A DNA stretch of 63,823 bases, counting the filler, from Octopus bimaculoides (taxonomy: Eukaryota), in assembly GCF_001194135.2 (NCBI RefSeq). It is 5 parts of 5 records of this genome, joined end to end, with 100 filler letters (N's around TTAATTAATTAA, not from the genome) between each part and the next. Parts side by side here need not be neighbours in the genome. Positions count along the whole stretch, not along the records: positions 39,560 to 52,715 come from NC_068987.1; 4 more parts are not named here. The stretch is one strand, 5' to 3'. Below, one piece after another: positions 39,890 through 50,680 of this stretch. The first letter of the stretch is position 1. Each line of letters starts with the position of its first letter. The notes under the pieces are model-generated. The model was not told where the DNA came from and ran no database searches. It was given only the letters and a program-made list of their open reading frames with translations. The position numbers and the translations under genes are program-made.

Positions 39890-40655
39890 CATCATCGTCA
39901 TCATCATAATCGTTTAACGTCCGCTTTCCATGCTAGCATGGGTTGGACGATTTGACTGAGGACTGGTGAAACCGGATGGCAACACCAGGCTCCAATCTAA
40001 TTTGGCAGAGTTTCTACAGCTGGATGCCCTTCCTAACGCCAACCACTCAGAGAGTGTAGTGGGTGCTTTTACGTGTCACCCGCACGAAAACGGCCACGCT
40101 CGAAATGGTGTCTTTTATGTGCCACCCNNNNNNNNNNNNNNNNNNNNNNNNNNNNNNNNNNNNNNNNNNNNNNNNNNNNNNNNNNNNNNNNNNNNNNNNN
40201 NNNNNNNNNNNNNNNNNNNNNNNNNNNNNNNNNNNNNNNNNNNNNNNNNNNNNNNNNNNNNNNNNNNNNNNNNNNNNNNNNNNNNNNNNNNNNNNNNNNN
40301 NNNNNNNNNNNNNCACTCGAAAATCCTACGGGAGCCAGTCAGGTGGTACTGGCAACAGCCACACTCAAAATGGTGCATCTCATGTGCCACCCGCACAAGA
40401 GCCAGTCCAGGGGCACTGGCAACGATCTTACTTGGCTTGCCGGGTCTTCTCACGCACAGCACATTTCCAAAGGTCTCGGTCAGTAGTCATCGCCTCAGTG
40501 AGGCCCAATGTACGAAGGTCTTGCCTCACCACCTCAGCCCAGGTCTTCCTGGGCCTACCTCTTCCACGGGTTCCCTCAACTGTTAGGGAGTGGCACTTTT
40601 TCACGCAGCTATCCTCATTCATTCTCACCACATGTCCAAACCAGCGCAATCGTCT
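39890..40655 (-). mobile_element. young RTE LINE 3' end with (GAT)n tail
   Basis: MRWFGHVVRMNEDSCVKKCHSLTVEGTRGRGRPRKTWAEVV..DRDLWK, a long 3' UTR and ..GGACGTTAAACGAT(GAT)n. CpGs are retained. Confidence 0.9.
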
Positions 40656-40974
40656 CCTATGTATTTTTTGTTCTATGTATTTTTTGTTCTATGTATTTCT
40701 TGTTCCTATCAAATGATATTACAGCCTTCTGAAGGAGTCATCCTTAGAAGTCTCCAAAGCCCCGATTCAAACACCATCTAAATATATATATCTTCGTAAT
40801 AAGATCATAAATCAGAAAAAGAGCGTATCCTGAAATAAATAGAGCAGTTATTTTTGTATGCGTAATGTAATGAATTTGCAGAAATACCATTTGTTTCATA
40901 TCTATCATGAACTAGACCTATCATCAGTTTCTCTAAACGATAACCGTTCTATAGATATTATCTTTTATCTTTGA

Positions 40975-41240
40975 GCTTTTTCAGTTATTAGACTGCAACC
41001 ATGTAATATAGAGGTTTTAGTCAAACAAATCAACCTCAGAACTTATTTTTTAAGCCTGATACTTATTGTATAAATTTTGTGGTCACACTGATAAGTTACA
41101 GGGATGTAGACAAAACAACCAGTTGTGGGGTACAAACACAGGCACAAAAACACATATAGGTATATATACTGGCTTCTTTCAGATTTGGTTTACCAAATTC
41201 ACTCACAAGATTTTGGTCGGCCAAGGGCTAGAGTGTGATT
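40975..41240 (-). mobile_element. decayed CR1-tail SINE
   Basis: Homologous to the 32324 family, with CpG-to-TpG changes. Confidence 0.65.
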
Positions 41241-41299
41241 GAGTAGCAAACTATTTAACACACAACCACTCTCACATACACGCACATACGCATATATAT

Positions 41300-41989
41300 A
41301 TATATCATCATCATCATCATTGCTTAATGTCCGGTTTCCATGATGGATTGGACAGTTTGACATGGAGCTGGCTAGCTGTCTGTACTCCAACTGTTTGTTG
41401 TGGCATGGTTTCTCTGGCTGGATACCCCTCCTAATGCCAAACATTTAACAGAGTATGCTGGGTACTTTTTATATGTCACCATCACTGGTGCATTTACACA
41501 GCACCAGCACAGGTGCAGTAACGCAGCACTGGCATGGGTGCTTTTTAAGTGGCATCAGCACCTGAAAGGACAAGCCTGTATGTGTGAAAGACAGCGATTT
41601 TACTAAACTTGATATGTCTTATCAAGGACAGCAAATCACAACATCTCCTAGTCCCTTGTCATTTTCTCATTGAGGCCCAGTATCCAAAGGTCGTTTCTCA
41701 CCACTTTGTCTGACATCTTCATGGGTCTACCGCTTCCACAGGTTCCCTTCACAGCGCTCAGCACTTCTTAATGTAGCTGTCCTCATCCATATGCATCACA
41801 TGACCAAACCAGCACAGTCGTCTCTCTTGCACACAACATCTGATGTCTCTTATACCCATTTTTCCTCTTAAATCATTTACACTCTGGCATGCATGCACAC
41901 TGATATTACCCACCCAACAGAGCATGCTAGCTTCATTTCTTCCAAGCCTTCACAAGTCCTCTGTAGTCAAAGCCCATGTTTCACTGCTA
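41300..41989 (-). mobile_element. older RTE LINE 3' fragment
   Basis: HSSETWAL..LERNEASML..RLCWFGHVMHMDEDSYIKKC motifs, with a (GAT)n tail at about 41305-41320. Confidence 0.8.
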
Positions 41990-42395
41990 TGTAACATGTA
42001 ACACAAAGGCTTATAGGAACGTGGTTATACACCATTAGGTGTACACCCGCTTCTGTACATTAAATTCTGAAGAAACAACGGAACGCAGATTCTGAACTAT
42101 CAACACAACAATATTTATTTACAGAGGAAATAGGCAGCACTTCGCCCTTTGGTTGCTGAGACGTTGGAATGTTGGAATGAGCTGTCTCCAGAGTTGGAAT
42201 GTTGGAGAGACACTGCTTGAAGACGTCCAGGCTCATGGCCGGCCGGCCGAGAAAGAGAACGAACAAGGGCGCCAAGCTTGGATCTCGAATGACCACGCAT
42301 GCGCACGAGACTCTTCCCGTGTTCCTTCCGGAACTAGTCCCTGTGCATGCATGGATAAGCTTACCAGACATGTCGTCTGCTAAGGCGTTACTACA
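41990..42395 (-). mobile_element. possible solo LTR
   Basis: TG...CA termini, imperfect 5-bp flanks TGCTA/GGCTA, minus-strand AATAAA at 42114-42119, GC/CpG-rich interior. The left boundary could instead be 42054. Confidence 0.4.
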
Positions 42396-42449
42396 GGCTA
42401 TTAACCTTCTTTTGATACTGTTACACCTCTTATATGTCTATAGCTTGCA

Positions 42450-43668
42450 CTTGGTACAGCACTATGACTGGGTGTTGAAACAATTAATAAGTTGCTCAAA
42501 TGTGGATGTGATATATCTTGACTTTGCAAAGGCCTTTGATAAGGTTAATCAAGGGATGACATGTCACAAGCTACGGAAACTCAGCATAATTGGCAAACTT
42601 GGAGCATGGTTGCATGATTTCTTAAAAGACAAAAGCCAGGCTGTGGCAGCCAACAGAATCTTCTCCTAGGAGACAGTAATAGAAAGTGGAGTGCCTCAGG
42701 GAACTGTATTGGAGCCGCTGCTGTTCATGGTAGCTCTTTCAGACATACCATCAGTTACACAGACAGCCACACTTACTAGCTATGCTGACAACACAAAAGT
42801 AGTACAAGCAGTCAAAGAGTCTTCTGACGCTAATCTACAGAAAGATCGAGATGTCATATATAAATAGGCTGAGGAAAACAACATGCAATTTAACGCAGGC
42901 AAATTCCAAGCCCTTTGCTACCAGCAAATTGGTGCTCAGGAGTTTCACCAATGATACTTTGGATCAAAAGGGGTGGCAATCCCAGAATCACATACAGTGC
43001 ATGATCTTGGGATTGATATGAAACTATGCTGGACTTGTGGAGGACATTTGTCCTCAGCTGTCTGGACTATTGCTCTCAACTGTGGTCACCCTACAGTGTC
43101 AGATTAATAGCAGAACTTGAGGCAGTTTAGTGATGTTACACAAGGAAGACTGCATCAATGGAACAGCTGAGCTACTGGGAGAGACTGAAAGAGATACAAC
43201 TCTACTCCCTGAAGCAAAGATGGGAGAGGTGAGGTATGCAGTGATATGTGTGTGGAAGATATTGGAGGGGCTGGCACCAAACTTTGGAATTGAGAGCTAT
43301 ACAAGATCCTAAGACGTCACTGCAGTGTTCCAAAAGTCCCAGCAGTCCCATCTAGAGTGAAGACCATGTAGTGCAATAGCTTGGGATGGAATTCAAGGGC
43401 CCACAGCTATTTAATACCTTGCCAAAACATCTCAGGGATCTTCAAGGTGTAGGGGTAGATGTTTTGAACAAACAACTTGACCTCTTGCTAACCAAGGTCC
43501 CAGATGAACCAATATCAAGGCAGGTAACTCAAAAGAGGGCAGCAGTGTCGAACTCCCTCCTTCACCAAAAGCCAGTCACATAGGATTGGCCATTGAAAAG
43601 GTGATTACACTGGTGGTGCCCCAGCATGGTCACAGCTTTAGGGCTGAAATGTATAAAAGAATAAAAGA
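42450..43668 (+). mobile_element. CR1-clade LINE 3' portion (RT, decayed)
   Basis: VDVIYLDFAKAFDKV, SGVPQGTVLEPLLF, SYADNTK and FKGPQLFNTLPKHLR; tail CCAGCATGGTCACAGC..AAAAGAATAAAAGA. Confidence 0.9.
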
Positions 43669-43689
43669 GTGTAATATAGCAGGGAACTG

Positions 43690-44230
43690 CATCAGATAGT
43701 AACAAGGGAATCTAGGAAACAGGTATATATAGCCAGGGGAGAAGCAGAAAAGAAGAGGTTTGCCTATGTTCAGTGACATGAGGACCAAAGACGAAGTGTT
43801 TTGGATTGCAAGACAGTGTGTGAGAGAAAATTGTGATGTCATAGGAGAGAAATGTGTTCACTTGCATTTAATGATTCTTCAAAGAAAGACGCTTGGAAAA
43901 ACTACTATGAAAGGCTGGTAAATGAATAGAATGAATAGGAGGAGGGGAGTCTACCAAATGTTGACCCAGTGAGGGGCCAGCAATCCAAATTGACAATACC
44001 TTGGTAGATAAAGCAATTAAGGATATGAAGACAAGGAAAGCCCCCAGTCCATCAGGAATCACTGCTGTAATGCTTAAAATATCAGGCGGTGTGGGTTATG
44101 GTCTAGTCACCCATATTGTTAATCAAGTGGTACAAGAAGGAGTCATACACAATGACTAGTGTAGCAGCACCATAGTCAACTTCTACAAAGGTAAAGGTGA
44201 TGCCTTAGATGTTAAATGATGATGATGATG
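43690..44230 (+). mobile_element. RTE linker/RT-start fragment joined directly to an RTE (GAT)n tail
   Basis: RGEAEKKRF..FWIARQCVREN..AWKNYYERL..KAPSPSGITA..KGKGDALD is followed at once by GTTAAATGATGATGATG. Confidence 0.7.
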
Positions 44231-44627
44231 TGAGTATGTGAGTGAAATTGTTGAAGTAAACATAAATTATGATAAAAATTTGTACTTAAGAACAAAATCT
44301 TTTACTACAGTTTGCATGGATTTAGCATCTCTGACTAACAGAATATTTTACATGATTCCTTGTAAGGGAGACAACTTGATACCATTCAATTTTTTTTTAG
44401 GCATCTCAATGAAGTGCTGCTTTTCTCCAGTTTACTGTAACAAATGACACATTTGTTGGCATAGAACGGGAAAAGACAAATAATTTATATTTGTCTTGGA
44501 TACCATCTACATCGTAATTAGACAGCTATGAGCTTGAAAGTTTATTTAACAATAACAATATTAACTAGTTAAAGAAATATGCAGTAAAATAAAAACAGTA
44601 TTTAACAATATTTGCACTTCAACTTTC

Positions 44628-45174
44628 GGATCTTTTTTAAAACGGGGGCCACATTTTTCATTAATGTTTTACGTAGTGTTTTTGGTACCGAAAGACTTTC
44701 AAACTTCGTATACTTATCTATTTTGTGTTATAGAACAGAAAAATATTTTTGTATTCGAATTTATTTCATGTAAAAAATTGTCTTATTTCGATAATTTCAA
44801 CCAATCACTGACAAGTATTCAGTTGTTTACATTTACTCCTTTGGCTGATTAAGCCATAGCTTCGTTTTATTTGCTTTTTTCTTTTTAAATTTGCTGTTTT
44901 ACCCTAACCCTAACCCTAACCCTATCACCGATAGAATTGTTTCAGAATCGTTTGTTTATGTAGTCGGCACTTAATGTATATCGGCTGAATGGACGTCAGT
45001 GATTGGTTGAAATTACAGAAATACGACAACTTTAACATAGAATAACTTAGGGATTTCTTTTTTTTTTAAGAAGACTAAGAGAAAAAGATGTTTTATATGA
45101 CACATTCTACCAGTGTTCCAAGTTTCAAAGTGTTTCGTTAATGAAAAATGTGGCCCCCGTTTTAAAAAAGATCA
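44628..45174. mobile_element. young MITE with 36-bp perfect TIRs and 8-bp TSD (Merlin- or hAT-like)
   Basis: TIR GATCTTTTTTAAAACGGGGGCCACATTTTTCATTAA at both ends; TSD CAACTTTC (44620-44627 and 45175-45182); internal (CCCTAA)3 at 44902-44924. Confidence 0.9.
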
Positions 45175-45769
45175 CAACTTTCTATTATACAATGGTAAAT
45201 ATTCTCATGAAATCATGATGTTAAGTAAGTTGTACAGTAAAAATGTTCATATATTATCTTTAGTTACATTATAGTCCTAACATTTGAATATACATTACGT
45301 ATAGTTATATACCAAAAACATAAAAGTTATAGTAAGAAAACAAAAATATACAATTCTTTTTAAACTTCCTTCAGTTTAATGAATAAAGGTCACCAAAGAG
45401 GTAAAAATAGAAAATACTGTACATGAATTGGTGGGAATTAAGGAATAAAGTAATATACAAACAGTAAAGAATAAGTGTAAGAAAAACAGTAAGAAATAAA
45501 TGAATTATGCATTTTCTGTTTTGACAGGTATTTTTCAATTTTTTTTTCACCATGCACATAAAAATGATGTTTGGGGCAGAGAAGCATTGAAAATTTATGA
45601 TTTCTTTAAAGGAAGAAAGCCATAGGATCACATGCCTTACTTCTTCTAAAGAAATATTCGTAAAGGCTACCCTATAAGACACTACAAAATCTTTTACAAC
45701 CTCCACCTCCTCTATTCTCTAATCATAATAGGTCTTGAAAATACAGTTCTATATTTAAGAGATGAGGAA

Positions 45770-45926
45770 TTATGTACATTATTTACATTATTTACAATTG
45801 ATGGATATTTGTCCTCATCTTGTTTGTTATTAACATGTTTCGGCTGATATACCCTCCAGCATTCATCAGGTGTCTTGGGGAAATTTCGAACCTGGGTTCT
45901 CATTCCTAAGGTATTTTTCGATGTTG

Positions 45927-45973
<47 letters not shown>

Positions 45974-46272
45974 GGGTTGTTTGGAAAGTTTGTGCCGATT
46001 TTTAAAGGAAAGAAAAAGGTCAATAAATACTTGCCATTACATTTTTAATCNNNNNNNNNNNNNNNNNNNNNNNNNNNNNNNNNNNNNNNNNNNNNNNNNN
46101 NNNNNNNNNNNNNNNNNNNNNNNNNNNNNNNNNNNNNNNNNNNNNNNNNNNNNNNNNNNNNNNNNNNNNNNNNNNNNNNNNNNNNNNNNNNNNNNNNNNN
46201 NNNNNNNNNNNNNNNNNNNNNTCGGAATCTTGGGGGTAGTAGCCTGCACTCTTAACCACTATGCCATATGCC
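45770..46272 (-). mobile_element. tRNA-head/HHR SINE, minus copy, interrupted by a mariner end and a gap
   Basis: Tail at 45770-45930 with a degenerate HHR at 45832-45874, then (AAT)n, and the head at 46222-46272. Confidence 0.75.
45972..46050. mobile_element. mariner-like TIR end inserted at a TA in the (AAT)n tract
   Basis: TA-TTGGGTTGTTTGGAAAGTTTGTGCCGATTTTT resembles mariner TIRs; it is truncated by the N gap. Confidence 0.5.
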
Positions 46273-46274
46273 AC

Positions 46275-46359
46275 GGCATATGGTGTAGTGGCGTAGTGGT
46301 TAAGAGTGCAGGCTACTAACCCCAAGATTCCGAGTTCGATTCCAGGCAGTGACCTGAGT

Positions 46360-46425
<66 letters not shown>

Positions 46426-46572
46426 AATAATAACAACAACATTGAAAAATACCTTAGGAATGAGAAATTTCCCCAAGACACCTGATGAAGGTTGGAGGGT
46501 ATATCAGCTGAAACATTGTGTTAACAAACACGATGAGGACAAATATCTGTCAATTGTAAATAATGTAAATAA
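46275..46572 (+). mobile_element. tRNA-head/HHR SINE, plus copy
   Basis: A box TGGCGTAGTGG (preceded by a short duplication), B box GAGTTCGATTCC, (AAT)n(AAC)n, and a CpG-decayed HHR at 46477-46522. Confidence 0.85.
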
Positions 46573-46574
46573 GG

Positions 46575-47530
46575 TCTTGAAAGTTTTCTGGTTTGTTCCC
46601 CACCACTTACCCCTTAATGTTAGGACTAATGTAGGTAGAAAATTCTTGCACTTAGTAGATATTCACCATCCTGGAACCCATAGATACAGTAAAATCTTTA
46701 GCAGACACACAAAATTACCTTTTCTTGCCTCCCTACTGTTAAGACGTATCAATAAGCAACTGACAATTCAAGCCTGCCTTGGATGCACATGTAGAAAGAA
46801 ATTTAAATGTCCTCTATGGCAGACATGCGATATATCTTCCGTTGCTTATGAAGCACAGGTATCAGTGAACTATGATAACAGTTGAACAAAAATCAAGCAT
46901 TACATCAGAGCCATAGAAGGAAAACTTAAACTAAGATATAACAACCAGCTTTCGACTTTTAGGCACTGTGAAATGACATGTTCAACTACACTTTCAGCTT
47001 TAATCTGGAAATTCAAGGATGAAGGGACTGACTACAACATCAAAGAAAATATCCTTTCCAAAACCAAACCCTATATTAACAGTTCCAAAAGATGTTTAAT
47101 ATGCTCCCTTGAAAACTATATCTTTTAAAGAACTTGAGAGCCTCCAACAACTACACAAATTCCAAGAATGAGATTTTTTCTTTATGTCTACATTGTATGA
47201 AGTGCATTTTGGCAAAATTTTAAAATAGGCCACCAGACACATCATAAAGCATTATATCTTGTTTACACCTTTTTGACATTGGTTTATTGTAATGTTGGTT
47301 ATCTCCCCTGCATTTTTCTTTTTGCCTTCTTCCTTATGAGCATTCCTTATACAAGTATCATCTGCTTAAAAACTTAAAAAGCAACTGACAAATTGTCGCA
47401 TTCTCAGCTTGAAAAATGGTGAAATAAATTGATGTTCTGGGCAGGAAACCCTGGGTAGCTGTATTTCACAAGACTTGTGGTTTTTATTATAACATTATCT
47501 TTAATCTCTTGGCTGATTGTGTGCTATTCT
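46575..47530 (+). mobile_element. Penelope-like element GIY-YIG region plus putative 3' UTR/pLTR
   Basis: VFWFVP..LNVRTNVGRKFL, CTCRKKFKCPL..C..VAYEAQV, HYI..EGKLKLRYNNQ..F, STTLSALIWKFKD..YNIK and KRCLIC motifs. Confidence 0.85.
47419..47469 (+). ncRNA. degenerate hammerhead remnant in PLE 3' region
   Basis: GAAA-CCC-T-GGG-TA (stem III plus GUA) and distal pairing GTGAAATA/TATTTCAC. The core reads TTGATGT instead of CTGATGA. Confidence 0.35.
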
Positions 47531-47550
47531 ACTTGCTGAAGCCTTACCAC

Positions 47551-47587
<37 letters not shown>

Positions 47588-47620
47588 CATGATATAAATA
47601 ATATATATATATGTATATAT

Positions 47621-48104
47621 GGGTACATGACGTCACCAACTGTGTACACAACATGAAGTATGAAAACAAACGAGTTAAATATTCAAACAACAAGAGAAAA
47701 AATGGAAAACACGACAAGTAACATGGAGAACGACCCTTCATCAGTTGTCGGCTGTCTATCTACTCCTTATTTCGAGCATTCAATGACAATATGAGTCTTC
47801 AAGGACAGTTGCTCTCATAAATTCCCAAATAAAATTTTGGGATTTATGAAGGGTCAAAGTTGAGAACAAATACAGGATAGTGGAGACGTACAAGGAAACC
47901 GAACGAAAACAAACATGGAGGGTTGTTAGACCAGAATGAAAGGAAAATAGGGAACACTAAGAGAAATATTTTCTTTGAAAAGAGAAAAGATAGAAGAGAG
48001 AGATAGATAGATGATGTCCAGTCCTTAGAACATCATGCAGGAAAAGAAAGATGGACGATGGTCACGTGTGAACAACAAGAGAGAGAAAAAGGGAAAGAGG
48101 GGGA
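47621..48104 (-). repeat. left arm of about 480-bp inverted repeat (microsatellite-embedded, probably PLE-derived)
   Basis: Reverse-complement homologue of 48441-48921 along its length. Confidence 0.85.
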
Positions 48105-48165
48105 TATTTATATATATATATTATTATATATCTGTAAAAATATGTGACACTTATTCAGTAGCCAT

Positions 48166-48226
48166 GATAAAACTCTGAGTTTCGGATGCCAGGGTGGGGG
48201 GTCCACTCCAACATCTCTTCAGTTAT
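48166..48226 (-). ncRNA. minimal type I hammerhead ribozyme motif
   Basis: GAUAA-CUGAAGA-GAUGUUGG(14 nt)CUGGCAUC-C-GAAA-CUC-A-GAG-UU/UUAUC. Stem I is 5 bp, stem II 8 bp with G-U pairs and one extra C, and stem III is near-palindromic. Confidence 0.6.
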
Positions 48227-48440
48227 CCAACTACCGGAAATTCTTTTGAAAAATAACCATTAACCCATAGGGAAAAATTAAAAACAATAATATATTCCTG
48301 TCAAATATATTATTATATATATATATATATATTATTTATAATATTATTTAATTGAATGCCACGTATCCATTTCCAAATACACCCCCATCCTTCACTAATT
48401 CCCTTTTTCTCCCCTTTACTGTTTTCTATCTGTCTCTCTC

Positions 48441-48921
48441 TCCCCCTCTTTCTCTTTTTCTTTCTCATTGCTCATTTGTGACCATCGTCCATCTTTTTTT
48501 TCCTGCACGATGTTCTAAGGACTGGACATCTTCTATCTATCTCTCTCCTCTATTTCTATCTATCTTTCTCTTTTCAAATAAAATATTTCTCCTAGCGTTC
48601 ACTATTTTCCTCTTGTTCTGGTCTAATGGCCCTCCATGTTTGTTTTTGTTTGGTTTCCTTGTATGTCTCCACTGATCTGTTTTTGTTCCCAACTTCGACC
48701 TTCCATAAATCCCAAAATTTTATTTTGGAATTTATGGGAGCAACTGTCTTTGAAGACTGTCACTGAATGCTCAAAATGAGGAGTAGACAGCTGACAACTG
48801 ATGAAGGGTTGTTCTCTGTGTTACTTATCCTGTTTTCCATTTTTCCTCTTGTTGTTTGCGTATTTAACTCATTTGTTTTCGTACTTCATGTTGTTTACAG
48901 AGTTGGTGACATCCTGTACCC
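48441..48921 (+). repeat. right arm of the inverted repeat
   Basis: Ends GTTGGTGACATCCTGTACCC, versus GGGTACATGACGTCACCAAC at the start of the left arm. Confidence 0.85.
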
Positions 48922-48976
48922 ATATATGCATATATGCATGACCACAGCCATTTGGCTGAAACCCATAAATAAATAA

Positions 48977-49028
<52 letters not shown>

Positions 49029-50274
49029 GTATGTATATATACATATATATGTATTATTTATGTTATTTAATTGAATGCCATGCAGCCATTTCCAAGTAAA
49101 TTTATATATATACACATATATATATATATAGAGATATAGACATATACTTATGTACCTGTGCATGTGTGTGTGTGTGTGCATGTGTAATTGTGTGTATATG
49201 CAGTAGTTGTGTGTGTTTATAGAAATCCATATAAAAATCCATTATTCTGGGAACCCCCACCTACAACCCTCATAAATTTTCAAGAATCTGTTTCATAAAG
49301 AGCTTTCCCCCATCATTTTGAAGCATGCAGTGAAAACAAAATTGGAAATATCCCTGTCAAAACAGAGCATATGCAACTTATGTGGGTGACCTATTCCATA
49401 TTTCTGTCAAATTATGAATCAAAGTGTTGGCAAATCTTTTTTGGAGACAGGTAGGATTGAAAATGCTTTTATCTTGTGGACCAAAACAAACAAAAATAAC
49501 TGAAACCATCATCATAAAAGTATAGAAATAGGCTTTTATTTTTATAAATTCATAACGATAAAAAGTAAGCTATTTTCAATTGTCACCTCTTGTAATGAAG
49601 GAAACACTACACATTTATTGACATAAAATTGGTGCCATGTACAGACAGAGCATGCATGTTTAGTTATAAGCAGAATAGAGATGACTGTGGTTTTTAAGAT
49701 CTTCCAGCTGTTTACTAGCTCTCCTCAATGAACAAGTTAACATTTTTTCGTCCTTTCTTCCTTTCTTTGAATTGATTATTCATGTAACTTGAATAATACA
49801 CAGTTAATTGCTGTTGTTCAATTCATTTACAAAGACATAAATATTTTTTAAAACCTCCTTCTTATAGAAACTTGAATTTTTTAGCAAATAACCACACCTT
49901 TTTGTATTGATTTAATCAAGGCCATGACAAAACCCCATCAGATGATATCTCACTCTCTTAAAGATGCTTTGAATAATGTGATCTGGATTATGCTATTACT
50001 GGGGGGAAGGGAGATGATCAGGATTATAAACCTTTCAGTAAAGGTCCATTTGGTAAGCAGAGATGATTTAGGGTTAAACAACAGCTGTTTTGCATGTTTC
50101 CAGTAATCTGAGACAGTTATCAAATTTTGCTCTCTTTTGTGATACTGGATTTTATTGTTCTCCAAGCAAAGATAAACAAAGAAAACAGAACATTTATATA
50201 TAACATCACATATTAAAAGAAGTCAGCAGGCAAATAGTTTGATGATTCCTGATATAAACAATAAGAAATATATT

Positions 50275-50680
50275 ACATATAGTAAATCAAGTCATTCAAG
50301 AAGGCAATGTATCAGTATTATAATCAGCAGTTACAAGGGCAAAGAAGCTGCCTTAGACAGAAGTAATTATAGAGGCATCAAATTGCTGGACTAGGTGAAG
50401 AAAGTTGCTCAATTAATTAGGAATAGAATTAAACTAGATGTTTGGTTTTGTCCTGGGGAGAAGCACCACTGATATTATTTTCATAGTCAAGCAACTTCAA
50501 GAAAAATATTTAACTAAGAACAAGCTGTTGTACTTGGCATTTGCTGATCTAGAAAAATCTTTTGACAGTGTACATTGTTCTGTGATATGGTGGTCTCTAA
50601 GTATGCTAGTGTCAGATGAATGGCTTGTGAAAGCAGTACAGGGATGGTGTTAGTAAAATAAAAGTTAGCCATAAGTACAG
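50275..50680 (+). mobile_element. RTE RT fragment (same family as 43690 and 63225)
   Basis: NYRGIKLL, FGFVLGRSTTDIIFIVKQLQEKY and YLAFADLEKSFD. Confidence 0.85.

Noticed and set aside
46275-46355. tRNA gene (ACT anticodon-like loop)
   Set aside because: No acceptor-stem pairing, and it is joined to a repeat tail; it is a SINE head. The same applies to the other tRNA-like heads.
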